Shown piece after piece: positions 26,201 through 41,200 of a stretch of 64,000 nucleotides of DNA. Both the position numbers and the translations under genes were made by a program. Within the stretch, counting starts at the first letter, position 1; every line of letters begins with the position of its first letter. Source of the stretch: Chiloscyllium plagiosum (taxonomy: Eukaryota); the NCBI RefSeq assembly GCF_004010195.1, contig NC_057750.1, forward strand, positions 11,879,144-11,943,143, given 5' to 3'. The notes beneath the pieces are model-generated. The model saw nothing but the letters and a program-made list of their open reading frames with translations, did not search any database and had not been told where the DNA came from.

Positions 26201-29200
26201 TAACACACCTGCCCCTTTTGCTCACTGCCCTCTGCAGTGCCATGGATTTAGGGAATTCAAGGTTGTAGGGTTGGAATCATATCTTGATTTCCTGTATTTC
26301 GTAGTGGTGCATGTTGTAACACCCACATGCAATGCCACTACTGTCCTTGGAAGTGATGGCTTGTGCTTTAAATTGCCCTTTATATTACAATCTGTAAAGG
26401 AAACAGCACACAGTGCTTTGTTTTTGTGCATATTAAATGCATCATTCTGAAGCCTTAACTCTGCCAATTGAGTTACCATATTACTTCTAGGAATTCAAAA
26501 CTCCCACATGATTTAATCTTTTTCATATGCTGGCTGAACCAACCTCAACAACACTAATTAGAATTTAGAGAGCAGCTTTGATGTAGAGATTTTTATAACA
26601 GGTATTTCAGCAGAGGGAGCAGATTTTGGCAGAGGGACATGCCACTTTCAATAGCAAAAGTGGCATGGATCAGGGTTTCAATGGGGGTGACCTAGGACAT
26701 GGAGGCAGGCAACAGTTCCGAACTAGAAGTGGTTATGTTTCATAGATTGAAGTTCTGTTTAAGGCAATATGGGAGTTTGTGCAATTTCTGTTTTCAGTTT
26801 GAGAAGATAGAATTGGAATAACCATAGCTTGATGTTTGTAAGTGCCTGGACAGTACAACAGCAGATGTGATGTTAAAGGTCCCGCACCTAGATGCGAAAG
26901 CAAAACAGGATTGATCTTTATTGAGCACCGCATTAAACTGGGCAATACATTATGATGGAAAAATAAACACTATTTGCAAGGATAGGATCTCATGAATGGA
27001 TTCTTAAGGTGACTTCTCTTGTCCTTTTGTAGCTTTACATGGAAAAAGATGTCTACGCAAGTGTGAGGGGAAAAAAAATTACAGAAGTTCTATTTCAAGA
27101 ATTGTGATAACTGGTGTAATTATTTTCATCACCTGAATGGAGTGAAATTTTTTTAATGCCCTCTTTCAGTTTCTAAGAAACATGCCCAAATTCTGAGCCA
27201 AAAGAAACTGTTTATTTTTTTGAGAAACCATGCTTCCCAGACAGCCTTGTTCTCTACATTGCTCAACTTCTTTATTAGGTTTCATACAGGTGGGTTATCG
27301 AGAAGGCTCTGGTAACAATACTGCATTTCCTCGTTTTCAGTATTTGTGATGCCTCTTCCGGTTTAAAACCGTTTGTATATGATTAGGAACAGTTCCTAAT
27401 GGGAGCTAAGACTGAATGACTGTTCCTTGCAATATTGTCACCATAGATCATGACGTAGATTATTTGCTGCAAAAATGAGCACCAATGCTCAACTTGTGGA
27501 GTGTAAACTGGGTGTGACAACCTGGACAGACTTAAAGGCAGATCAGAATGAGACTGATTTCCTTCTCTTATCCTTCTTGAATTGGTGTCCAATTTATACC
27601 ATTTGACTTGGAACTGTGCTACCATTTCTTCACTTTCGCTGCATCAAAGTCCTGAAATTTCCTAACAGCACTGCGGGTGTACCTAAACCACATGCACTTC
27701 AGTGATTCAAGAGGTAGGCCACCTTCTCAAGGGCAATTAGAGATAGCGAGCAACACCCACCTATTGTGAACACATGTTTTAAAAGAACAATTTCCCTAAT
27801 GTAGGTGCAAGGCAAAACCACTTTGTACTGATACTGAGTATTCTCTCAGTCTTTGCCACTTGGTCAACATTGAATCTGTTGAAGTGACCAGTTTCACACT
27901 GTGATTGTTGGTGCCTTGCTAAAATTAAATTATGTTACCAAGACTGCTTTGAGTTTATTGTTAATGAGTTTGTATGATCTTCTATTTGTTCCACTTGAAC
28001 AGCTGCACTTCAAATTCCCCAGAGGTTTACCGAGAACTTTGATATTCAGATATTTTACTTTACTGGGTGCTGTAATTTTTTTGTGAGGTTCGAGGAAGGA
28101 AGTGCAGTAGAGAAGTAAAATATTAAAAGAATACCGTCAACTATAGATTGCTCCTCTTGTGCTTTAACTCTCTTGGCCTATTACCCAACAACATTTTAGC
28201 TGTCTGAAAGTGTGGATCTGTTATCTGTAGAATGTTACTCTTTGTCTAAAGATTCCACCTGATGCATTTGATTCTAAATTGTCTTTTTAAAGTAATGTCC
28301 TGGAATAATATTTTTAAAACTGTTTTCGATACTTTATAGAAAATTATCAGTACTCCCACTCTTCAAAAAAAATCACTAAACCTCAAACACGGATCCTGCT
28401 AAGCACCTATCTCTGACCCTAATATTGCAGTGTTCAGCATACCACTGATATCATCATTTTATTATTTCTGCATTTATTGGTCTTTTTACCGAATTGTTCA
28501 GACATTGACAGTGCCAATGTGATAACTCTTGCATCCTTTTGAGCCATTTTCTATGCCATCTATTTTGGACTGAGCAGCATCTCCACTTTGCAAAATAAGA
28601 ATTTCTTTTCAGTATTAAGCATCCTCTCCTATCACCAGATTTTTTCAATGATCCAGTCTACTTGCAAATGCTTTATTGCAACCTCTCTGTTTCTGACGCT
28701 AACTTATTGCTATCTGTTAATTTGACAGGCTTGCATTTAAAATGTCCCATGGTGTTTTTCACAGGAGCTTTATCAGATAAAAAGTGTGTTAGGACAGGGG
28801 ACAAAACCCTCCGTCAAAGAGGTAGCTATGTCAGGAGCCTCTTAAAAGGAAGAGAAGTGGGCAAAGATTTGGCAAGGATATTCCAAGGTGGAGGCATAGG
28901 TAGTCAACTGCCAAGTTGTCAATCTTTAGTGCAGTGGAATTTGGAGACTCAAATTAGATTCATCAATGGTGCTGTTGAGATGCACCGATCTACCAGTCCT
29001 TATGCTTAAATAAAAACAAAGTCCATGGAAACTAACCAGGTCTGAAAGCATCTGAGGAAGGAGAAACCAAGTTTGTTTTGAATTGAGAGCTGAAATGGTT
29101 TATACTGTACAACAAAGTGGGGAGGAATAAGTGGAACTGGAGGGAAAGTAGGATAAGGTTATAGGGTGAGATTAGAGACAAATATAAGGGAAGTGGTAAT

Positions 29201-32200
29201 GATTGTACAGAAGAGAACTAGAATAGATGTAGATAGCAGAATATAGGTTAGCTGTGCTGAAAACAAAAGCAAAAACAGACAGAAGGTAAAGTCACAAAAT
29301 GGAGGATAGAGTTCATAGTCTGAAGTTGTTGAAATGCAAAATTAAGTGGTACCCCTTCAGCTTGTGTTGAGCTTCACTAGAACACTGCAGCAGATATAAG
29401 ACAGAGATGTGAGTAAGAGAGCAAGATGTGAATTAAAATGGCAAGAGACCAGAGGGTCAGGGTTGTGCTGAATTGAGCAGAGGTGTTCTGCAGAGTGGTC
29501 ATCCCATTCAGTATTTGGCCATGGGTGGCATTGGGGAGCCATAAAAGAGTTAAAGAAATTGACTGGGGGGTCATACCCAGTACAGAGCAAAGATGGTTGT
29601 GGAGGCCAATCATCTTTGCTCCAGGACATCTACTAGTTTATCAGGGCATTGACCAAAGCCCATTCTGCTACACTAACTTACTCTTTCCTGATAGTTGAAA
29701 GAGATGTCCACAACAAAGTGAATGTCTTATTCTTTGCTCTTCATATAATCACACTGTTTGGGAGATTTAATAAATTAAGTGTGAAAAGTTGAAATGTCAT
29801 AATAGTGTAGTACACTCTGCTACATTTCTTCAGTAGCTACACCAATGACATTCTGTCCACAGGGTCAGAGATGGGGATGTTTAGTGATCTCCATTTGCAG
29901 CTTGTCACATAATGAAGCAGTTAGTTCTGCAAGCACCAAGCCATTAACAGCATTCGGCTGGGGTTGATAAGTGGCAATAAATATTTGTGCTAGGTTCTAA
30001 CTTCCTCCAGTGAGGATTTCTCCATTTTTCCCATGACATTGAGTGGCATTGGCATTGCTTAATCCCTAACATCAATTCTCCAGGGGCTACAATTGACTAG
30101 ATACCTAACAGAACTGCCCACATAAATTGTGTTGCTACAAGAACAGGTCAGAGACTGAGCCAGTTTGTGGTGATTCTGTAATGTACAACACCCAGTACCA
30201 AACTCCCAAAGCCTTTCCATTACCTACCAGGTGTAAGTAAATGGTGTACTGGAATATCCTACTATGCTTTATACGAGTACAGTTCTAAGAACACTCAAGA
30301 AACTCAATGTCATTCAGGAAAAAACAGCCCACTTAATCAGTACCCTTCAATTCAAAGTGGCTAGAAATATGGGGAAGGCAGGTACAATTGAGGCATGCAA
30401 GAGAGCATTGGGTGTTTATTTAGCTGGAAACAATGCATAGAAACAGGCAAAAGGCAAGAGATTGGCACTAAATATAAACGCTGAGAGAGCTGGTACAGGC
30501 ACAATTGGCTGAATGGCATCTTGCATTATAAAACCTCTGAGAGGAAGTGTTGCTTCAGTTGTCCTCTGAGGGGTTATTGCACATTCAGTAGAATTCATTC
30601 TACCAGGACTTAATGGTTAAAATTGGACAGTCAGTTTGAACAAACTTGGTTTGTATTCTCGAGTGTGGATCGTGGTGGGGTGATCTAATATTTTATGTTT
30701 TAACCATAAATGAACTCATCTTGTGAATCACTTGGATCTTTCACTTAGAATGGTACTTATGATGCATAAGGAGATAGTCATTGACGTTGTCTGCCATTGC
30801 GTCTTAGTGAAAATGTAGTCCATGACTTTTGTGATGAGCACTTGAACTGCTCAGATCACGAAGACCCAAGAACAGACACTATTTTCTGCTGAGCTGATTT
30901 TGGGCTGAGATGTTCACAATTGACCTAAGCAACTCTGATGTTTGAAATTTTGATCAGGGTACTCATTTCCACTTAACTATCAGTGACTCTGGCTGAAGGT
31001 GCCTGTATTGCTGATATGTGAGAGCAGTTGATTGTGATGTCCCTGCAGTTAGATACACCTTGTTCGCTCTCATGTATTAGATATACATCCCTGCCTGTGA
31101 TAGTTTTGTGGAGCAATTGGCAACTGTGGAGTGACCAGTGAATGAAAATTCAGGCTTCTTGCTGGGACATTTATAGATTTGTAAAAATATTTAACATTCT
31201 TTTGACTGCCATGTTTGCACAGCTGACCTCCAATTGTAGGAGCAAATGTTTTCGCATTTGTCAGTGCTGAATTTAGACCCTTGTGAGAGTCCAATTTTGT
31301 ACAGCTCAATTTTTCCTACTTGGACGTCAAGTAAGACTTGGTAGTCTAATGTACTTTAAGATGTTAACAATGGTAACATTGTTTTCAAAACAAAAAACAT
31401 GTTTTTTCTTTGTAGATTAATGAAGAGATTGCAGTTAAGCATCTTCCACCAACTGAGCCTGATCCGCATGTGGTCCGTGTTGGTTGGTCACTTGATTCAT
31501 GCAGTACCCAATTAGGTAAGAAAATTTGTCTCCACTTTTCTGAGCTGTAATGTTTACACTTATGCATTTATGTTGAATTTGGATCCTAGTTACCATTGTA
31601 TTGTGTACCTTTCCTACAGTTATGGGTGGTATGATGTGGATAATGTGGTTTGTCAAGTGTTTTGTATTGGCTAGTTTTACAGCTTCAGTCAGTCTTTCAG
31701 AAAGGAACTTAGTGATTTAAACTGTAAACGTGTAGTAGTTTACAGTTTGCACCGTGATTTGCATTCATTGGTTGTTTAAAAAATACTTCCTACCAAGAAT
31801 CTTTTTGTAATTAAATTTGTGGCAACAACCTTTCAGCTTGCAAATGGTTACCCATGATTCGTGACATTAAAATATGCAAGTATCTGTCATCTTTTAAAAA
31901 CAAAGTTTCAAGAACTTGGACTCTGTTGGAATCATGCTAATTTTTTGGAAGAAAGACTTCCTTTGACGAGGCAGGAGTAACTAATTTGGAGAAGATCACT
32001 TATTGCAGTGGGAAAAGAACATCCTTTGTAATGTCTTGAATGTTGTTTTTCTTGATTTTTTTTCTCAATTGTTCTTTATTCAAAAGCTTTTAATAAACCC
32101 TCTGAATCAAGGATGGAATCCACGTTTATTTCAGTGGCTTAAATTTCCCAGTGAGATTGCCTGTTGTTAGTTTGGTACAGTCCTTATTTTGTAACGCTGA

Positions 32201-35200
32201 AGAAAAGCACTTTTTAGAACCTGATGAGGAGACTGGGATTGAGCGACAGAGATAGAGCTTTTTTGTTGTGAGATTGTACCCTAAGGACCTAAGTGTCTTT
32301 CTTTGCTAAAATGGAATAGGCCAGTAGAAGAAGTACTATTCTGTACTTTAATCTACTCACCTTTCAAGACTTCAGTTGTGTAAAACTTTCTAATATAATG
32401 AGCATTTGTACTGAATTCTTCAGTAGTATTACTGTTGGCAGCTGCTGAAAAAATTCACATTAGTGTTACTTGACTAATCAGGCTGGACCTGCTGCTTAGG
32501 TTTATATCACGACATGAATCTGCCCATACATTAAGTATTCACACCCCTGGAATGAGTTCAGAGTAAGACTGACTCCTTACACTGCTCCTTCCTTTCCATC
32601 CAGTTTTCTATTTATTTGGGTCATAGTTATCTAAACATTAAAAATGATTTCTTGAAAGTGTGCTGTGAATCATTGTGGCTGCAGTGGTTGTCTTGTGAAG
32701 TTGGTGAATACAGCATGATGAAACAGACCTTGAATGATTTATCAGATGTATTTATGTAATATTGATTCAGTAAATTGATATCTTATTGAAACACATTATA
32801 TTTTCTTGCTCATGCCTTTTCTTTAAACAGATCTTGCCAGTAATGCATTACAGGCATTATTAGCATTGGAAGTTATTTGTTTCATTGAAGAACTTAGAAC
32901 TTAGATCGAGTTCACTTTTCTGTACTAGAACTTGTAATAGAAATGTGAGTTGGGACCTGACCTGTGTTTCTTACACCAAAGGGTCAGTTTGCATGCTTTA
33001 TAACTCTGACTCTATATCTCCATTGCTTCTTTACCTATTATCTTTAGATCTGTGCCCTCTCGTTGTCAATTCTTCTATGTTTGGGAATAATTTTTCCCTC
33101 TATTGTGTCCAGATTCCTCATGATTTTGAATAAATCTATGAAATCTCCTCAACCTTCTCTCAAAGGAAGAACTTTTCCAATTTCTCTAACCTGTATATCT
33201 GAAGATGAGTGAATTCTTTCTGCACTCTGATTCCTTCACAAGAAATTAAAGTGTGGTGCTCAGGACTAGATGTAACCTTGCAGTTGAAGTTGAACCAGTG
33301 TCCTACATGAGGTTATCAAACCTTCCTTATTAATAACTACAAAGGTCTATTCCCTTGGGTCGGGAAGTTCAAAACTAGGTGAGAGGATACATTTTTAAAA
33401 AGGACATGAGGGGCAATTTTTGTTTTACACAGAGAATGGTTTGTGTGTGGAATGAACTGCCAGAGGAAGTGGTGGATGGGGGTACAGTTACAAGATTTAA
33501 AAAGCATTTGGATATGTACATGAATAGGAAAGGTTTGGAGGGATATGGGCCAAACACAGGCAAGTGGGACAAGCTTAGTTTGGGAACATGGTCAGGGTGG
33601 ACTAGTTGGACTGAAGGGTCTGATTCTGTGCTGTATTACTCTGACTGTTGTACTCTGTGCCCCTATTATTAAAATTTAGAATGTTACATGCTTTGTCAGC
33701 TGTCCTCTGAACTTATCCTATTATCTTCAATGCCTTTTTCTTTGAAAGTGGAGTCCCAGGTGAACAGGATAGTGAAGAAGGCATTTGGTTTGTTTGCCTT
33801 TATTGTTCAGTACTTTGAGTATAGGTGTTGGGAGATCATGTTGCAGCTATACAGGACAATGGTTAGGCCACTATTGAAATACTGCTTGCAATTCTGGTCT
33901 CCCTGCTATAGGAAGGATCTTGTGAAACCTGAAAGGGTTCAGAAAAGAATTTACGAGGATGTTGCCTGGGTTGGAGAGTTTATGCTATAGGGAGAGGCTG
34001 AATAGACTGAGGCTGTTTTCCCTAGAGCATCGGGGACTGAGGGTGACCATTAAAGAGATTTATAAAATCATGAGGGGCCTGGATAGGATGGGTAGTCAAG
34101 GTCTTTTCCCCGGGATGGGAAAAGGAACCTGAGGGGCAACGTTTTCTTGTAGAAGGTGGTGCCTATATGGAATGAAATGCCAGAGGAAGTGGTGGAGGCT
34201 GGTACAATAACAACATTTAAAAAGCATCTGGATGGGTATGTGAATAGGGAGGGTTTAGAGAGATAAAGGCCAAATGATGTCAAATGGAACTAGATTAATT
34301 TTGGATATCCGGTTGGCATGGACAGGTTGGACCAAAAGATCAGTTTCTGTGCAGTACAGCTTAATGACTCGATTTACTGGTCCAGTATTACCTTTAGAAT
34401 TGTCCCTTTAAGTTAATATTATTCCTACATTCTTCCTACCAAATTGAATTACTTCACACTTCTCTGCATTGAATTTCATCTGCCACACTTCTTGTTTCAC
34501 CAACCTGTCCTTTTGAATCTCTACACTGTCCTCACATTTCACAATGCTTCCGAGTTTCATTTCATCCTCGAACCTTGAAATTGTGCCCAATGCACTAAGC
34601 AAGAGCAAGAGTCTTAACACCAAGCCCCTGGGAATTACACTACAACTTTCTTCCAGTTCTAAAAACATTTACTAACTACCACTGCATCCACATTTTCCTA
34701 AGGAAATACTAATTTTATCAGTTTATCATTTTGAAAAGCTTCCACATCACCAACATGAAACTAACTAGGCTATAGTTGCAAGGCTTATCTTTGCACCCAT
34801 TGTTTTTAAAAATGGTGTAACATTTGCAAATTCCCAGTCCTCTGATACAATCCTTGATTTGAATGAAGATTGGAAAATTACGCCCAGCGCTTCTGCAGTT
34901 TCAATTCTCACTTCCCTTAGTATAGTAAGCCCCCATTTAATGTTGATTCACTTAACAGTATTTCATTTTAATATCATAAATATTTTGTCATTATTATTAA
35001 ATGTTTAGAATTAAATATTTTCTACAAATTCCCTGTGTGACCTGCCTGATTTTATGACCTATCTCCACTGTTCCACTCCAAGCTCAGTTCACCTGGCCTT
35101 CCTCTAATTCTGCACCTGCCCTCTGTGCCTTTTCACCCTTGCTAACCTGTAAAACTCTCCAGTGTCCATACCTGCACTGACCAGTTATTGCCACTGGATG

Positions 35201-38200
35201 GAGCCTGGTCAGTTGAAACTAGATGAGATGAATTTAAATTTAACATTTAGTTTGTATTCTTTATGTTTAAACTGTATTTAATTTTAAAGACTGCATTATT
35301 TAAAGTAAGACATTTAATAATGTACATCATTTCAACCTAATGGTTGTTTTTTGTTGCTTTTTGCTAAGAAGTGCTGCACTACCTAATTCTACACTATTTG
35401 TTTATATTTACTGATTTATTTAGTTCAGATCTGTTAATTTCATTCCAGGATCTCAGGATTTATTTGCTGTACCTTTCCCTTCGTAGGAATATACCTGGGT
35501 TGTGACCAAACTATCTCCTCTTTTAAAGGCAGCCCGTTGTTCAGTTTATCTGTTATCTGTATCTTTATCTTTATCTTCAGTTTTGCTTGCCAACTTTTAA
35601 TTTCAAGGTACTTCGTCCAGATCCAATCTTGCCATTTTGAATGATAGCAAAATATTGCAGTTGCACAGCTGGACATATGGAGAAAGTGAGAAGAGCTTTG
35701 TAACTTAACAGGAAATATTGTGCTGTCAAAAATTTCTAGGAGCAACTAACATTCTAAGAAATGTGCCTGAGTTGCTTTACCCATTCCTGATTTGATTGGA
35801 GTAGGAGTCAGAGGAATCTTCTAGATTGTTATGACCATGATGGGCAGACTCTGTCTTTCCCTCGTCTTGCGGCTGCTCAGTGGATCAAAACATATTTCAA
35901 TGGTGGTTATTCTTGAAGGCAAGCGATAAAAAATGGCATAGAATGTTCTGAATTCTGTAGATCTCATGGTTCTTGCATGTGGTGTCAAGTAGGAACTAAT
36001 GCATGGTTGTTCCGAGGTCACAGCAGACAATATTGACAATATTCAGTCACCCTTCCAGAAGAATAATTGCATTTCACGCTGATCTCAGAGCAGAGGTGTT
36101 TCAAAAACAGGCGACTCAAGCTGAGCAGTTTTTACATAAGAACTAGGAGCAGGTGCAGGCCAGCTTGCAATGCTCCGCCTTTCAATAGGATCATGGCTGA
36201 TCTATTTGTGGCCTCAGCTTCACTTACCCACTCTCCCACCATAACCCTTAATTTTTTCGAAAAATGAAAGTAATTATCGATCTTAGCTTTGAAAACATTT
36301 ACTGAGGAAGCCTCAACCATTTTACTGGGTAGGGAATTCCATACATTCACAACCCTCTGGGTGAAGAAGTTCATTCTCAATTCAGTCCTAAATCTGCTCC
36401 CCCTAATTTTGAGGCTATGCCCTCTTGTCTTAGTTTCACCCACCAGTGGAAACATCCTATCTACTTCTATCTTATCTATTCCCTTCATAATTTTAAATGT
36501 TCCTATATCTCCCTCATCAGGTGTGGCCTCATCAGCGCCCTATACAACTGCAATATAACCTCTCTGCTTTTAAACTCAATCCCTTTAGCAATGAAGGACA
36601 AAATTCCATTTGCCGTCTTAATTACCTGTTGTACCTACAGACTAACCTTGATTCATGCACAAGGACTGCTGCGATTTCTTACCATTCATGTAATAGTCCT
36701 TTTACTGTTATTCCTATCGAAATGGATAACTTCACATTTATTAACATTGTACTCCATCTGCCAGACCTTTGCCCACTCACTTAAACTATCTATGTCCCTT
36801 TGCAAGTTTCACAATTCTCTGCACACTTTGCCCTACTAATTTTGACACACTACACCTGGTCCCTAACTCCAAATCATCTATGTAAATTGTGAATAATTGC
36901 AGTCTCAACACAGATCCCTGAGGCACACCACTAGTCACTGATTGCCAACCAGAATGGCACTCATTTATTCCCACTCTTTGCTTCCTGTTGGTTAACCAGT
37001 CCACTATCCATGCCAATACATTGTCCATAACGCTTTGCATCTTTATCTTATGCAGCAGCCTTTTGTGTGGCACCTTGTTGAATGCCTTTTGGAAATCTAG
37101 ATACGCCACATCTACTGGGTCCCCGTTGTCCACTGTATTCGTAATGTCTGCATTGAATTGCAAAAGATTAGTTAAGCATGACCTGCCCTTCATGAGCTCA
37201 TGCTGCGTCTGCCCAATGGGACAATTTCTATATAGATGCCTTGCTGTTTTTCCATTGATAATAGACTCAAGCATTTTTCTGACTACAGAAGTTTAAGCAA
37301 TTGCTCAATAATTCTCCATCTATTGTCTACCTCTCTTTTTAAACAGTGGCGTCACATTTGCTATTTTCCAATCTGCTGGAATTTGCCTCAGAGTTTAGTG
37401 TATTTTGGCAAATTACCACAAATGCATTTGCTATTTCTTCTACCATCTCTTTTAGCATCCTGGGATGCATTCCATCAGGGCCAGGAGATTTGTCAACCCT
37501 TAGCTCCATAAGCTTGCCCAACGCTACCTGTTTCATGATAATGATAGAGGCATTGCTGAACTGAAAAACCCAAGCAAAAGCTCCAAGCCTAGGAACACTA
37601 TTCAAGCAAAACTGCTATACCCAGTCGTAGAACAGTCCCTGAAGTGAATTCAAGTAAACAAGAGATTTGCAATTGCCTGGAACTATGTAATACTCATTTA
37701 ATGTTTTGATTTTTAAAAAATCGAGGCACCTCCAAAATCCTTAAGACTCAAGTGTACAAAATTGTTAACTGTGAAACATCTTCATAACAGAAGTTTAACA
37801 TAAGACCATAAGACATTTTTGTTGGGAAGTGGATTAAATTTTATCTTTTTGAATGCAGTGGAGATTATGTGAATATTATGACATTATGGCTAAGAGAAAG
37901 TTCAAGGACTACAAGTTTACTTTTGTTGCATTAAATCAACTCTATGGTAAGCATCTGGAGTGATATTGTTGGACTTTGCGTCATAGTGTCCTGTTTACTA
38001 TTGAGTGGGCTTATGTATCGATGTAGGTTTGCTCGCTTCAGTATCAGACGTTCTGTCACCATACTAGGTGACATCATCAGTGAGCCTCTGGATGAAGTAC
38101 TGATGGTATGCCCTGCTTTTTATTTGTGTGTTTAGGTTTCCTTGGGTTGGTGACATCATTTCCGGTGATGATGTCATTTTCTGTCCTTTTTCTTAGGGGG

Positions 38201-41200
38201 TGATAAATGGGATCCAAGTCAATGTGTTTGTTGATAGAGTTCCGGTTGGAATGCCATGCTTCTAGGAATTCTCGTGCGTGTCTATCTATTTGGCTTGTCC
38301 TAGGATGGATGTGTTGTCCGAGTCGAAGTGGTGTCCTTCCTCAACTGTATATAAAGATACTTTTGAGAGTGGGTCATGTCTTTTTGTGGCTAGTTGATGT
38401 TCGTGTATCCTGGTGGCTAATTTTCTGCCTGTTTGTCAATGTAGTGTTTGTTACAGTTCTTGCAAGGTATTTTGTAAATGACATTAGTTTTGCTTGTCTG
38501 TATAGGGTCCTTCAAGTTCATTGTCTGCTGTTTTAGTGTATTAGTGGTTTTATGGGCTACCATGATGCCAAGGGATCTGAGTAGTCTGGCAGTCATTTCC
38601 CAGATGTCTTTGATGTATGGGAGAGGGGCGAGGGTTTCTGGATGTGTTTTGTTTACTTGTTTGGGTTTGTTGCTCAGAAATCAGCGGACTGTGTTCGTTG
38701 AGTGCCTGTTCTTTTTGAATACACTGTATAGGTGATTTTCCTCTGCTCTGCGTAGTTCCTCTGTGCTGCAGTGTGTGGTGGCTCATTGAAATAATGTTCT
38801 GATGTAGCTTCGTTTGTGGGTGTTGGGATGATTGCTTCTGTAGTTCAGTATTTGGTCAGTATGAGTTGTTTTCCTGTAGACGCTGGTTTGAAGTTCTCCG
38901 TTGGCTGATAACTCTATTGCGACATCTAGAAATGATAGTCTGGTCTTGTTTTCCTCCTCTTTAGTGAATTTTATGCCAGTACGGGTATTATTGCTGGTCT
39001 TGAAGATTTCCTCTATTTTGTTTTGTTTAGTAATGACACTGGTGTCATCCACGTAGCAGACCCAAAGTTTGGGTTGGATGGTTGGCAGAGTTTGTTCGAG
39101 TCTCTGCATTACTGCCTCTGCTAAGAATGCTGATATCAGAGATCACATGGGTGTTCAGTTGGTTTGTCTGTAGGTTTTGTTGTTGATAGTGAAGTGGGTA
39201 GTAAGTCATAGGTCCACTAGCTTGACGGTGTTTTCATTGCTGATGAAGTTGGTGATGTTTGGTGTATGTATCTTTGGTTCTTCTAATAGCGTAGTCAGTG
39301 TTTCCTTGGCCAAGTTACAAATACCTTACAAGAACTGTAACAAACACTACATTGGACAAAAAGGCAGAAAAGTAGCCACCAGGATACATGAATGTCAGCT
39401 ACCCACAAAAAGGGTAGTATCTTTACATACAGATGAGGAACTGGGACAACACATCCATTCTGGGACAAGCCAAACAGATAGACACGCGAGAATTCCTAGA
39501 AGCATGGCATTCCTACCANNNNNNNNNNNNNNNNNNNNNNNNNNNNNNNNNNNNNNNNNNNNNNNNNNNNNNNNNNNNNNNNNNNNNNNNNNNNNNNNNN
39601 NNNNNNNNNNNNNNNNNNNNNNNNNNNNNNNNNNNNNNNNNNNNNNNNNNNNNNNNNNNNNNNNNNNNNNNNNNNNNNNNNNNNNNNNNNNNNNNNNNNN
39701 NNNNNNNNNNNNNNNNNNNNNNNNNNNNNNNNNNNNNNNNNNNNNNNNNNNNNNNNNNNNNNNNNNNNNNNNNNNNNNNNNNNNNNNNNNNNNNNNNNNN
39801 NNNNNNNNNNNNNNNNNNNNNNNNNNNNNNNNNNNNNNNNNNNNNNNNNNNNNNNNNNNNNNNNNNNNNNNNNNNNNNNNNNNNNNNNNNNNNNNNNNNN
39901 NNNNNNNNNNNNNNNNNNNNNNNNNNNNNNNNNNNNNNNNNNNNNNNNNNNNNNNNNNNNNNNNNNNNNNNNNNNNNNNNNNNNNNNNNNNNNNNNNNNN
40001 NNNNNNNNNNNNNNNNNNTAGATAAATTCCTGATGAAGGGCTTATACCCAATTCTCCTGCTCTGCGGATGCTGCCTGACCTGCAACTTTCCCAGCAACAC
40101 GTTCTCAACTCTGATCTCCAGCATTTACAGTCCTCACTTTCTCCTAGATAAACTCCTTGATAAAGATACTTGATTTGGAGAATTATACACAATACACATG
40201 CAGCCAAGTGAGATTTCACTGTATAATGAAATACCCTGACAGTTGACAAATGAACTGTCTGATTTAGGTGAGGAAGAATTCTCATACGGGTATGGAGGAA
40301 CTGCAAAGAAGTCAACAAGCTGCAAGTTTCAGGACTACGGGGAGCGATTTTCTGAAAATGATGTGATGGGATGTCTAATTGTAAGTATTACAAATTTACT
40401 TTGAATTATGTTAGTTCTTTACACTAGAATAAATGCCATTTTTGAGTTTTATACATCTTAATGTAACAGTTTCAAGCATTTTATTTGGCATTGGGAATTT
40501 GTATTGAAGGATTTTCTTGAATGTTGATGTTTGAACTGGTCAGGTTTTTGATTGGAATTGTTTTGTTGGAGCTTTGATCTGATGCATGATTTAGATTTAG
40601 TTTTCAGACTGGTAGAACAGGTAGAATGGGACTTGAATTGGCTTTGACAATCATACTTGGTATCTCCTGTAGAACTGTACTGTGAAAAGAAATGAACATG
40701 AAATGTGATGTGCAAACAACAAATTCTATATTAATGTTTTAACTGCAGTCTTTGATTTATTGTCCTGCAGAGAGGTTGTGGTTGCTGTTGTTGTAACCAT
40801 TGGTTATCCACATGAAACAGAAGTCTATACTTGCTACAGCTTAAAAGTAATTTGTCAGTGGGGATACTGACTGGATTTCTAAATGCTGAAGTCTCTTGGG
40901 TTTAGGTTAGGTGATCAGGAATGAAACTGGGAATCATACCAACATATAGAGTCACTTGTTGTTTGGTTACAAACTTGCTGGAAACGGTACAGAGGATTGA
41001 TGGTTAGATGGAAGATTTGTGCTACCACTCATGTTTGAACAACTTGGCCAAATATTTCATTACTGAACCTTTCATTTTTTTCCTTCTCCATCGTATCTAG
41101 AATTTTGAAGCTGGGGAGGATGTGGAGATGTCCTTTACAAAGAATGGAAGGTGGCTTGGTGTGGCATTCAGAGTCAAGAAAATGGCTCTCGGTGGGCGAC

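Noticed and set aside
39177..40318. Long ORFs of 200-307 aa in the ORF track
   Set aside because: Artefacts of translating through the 500-N gap.
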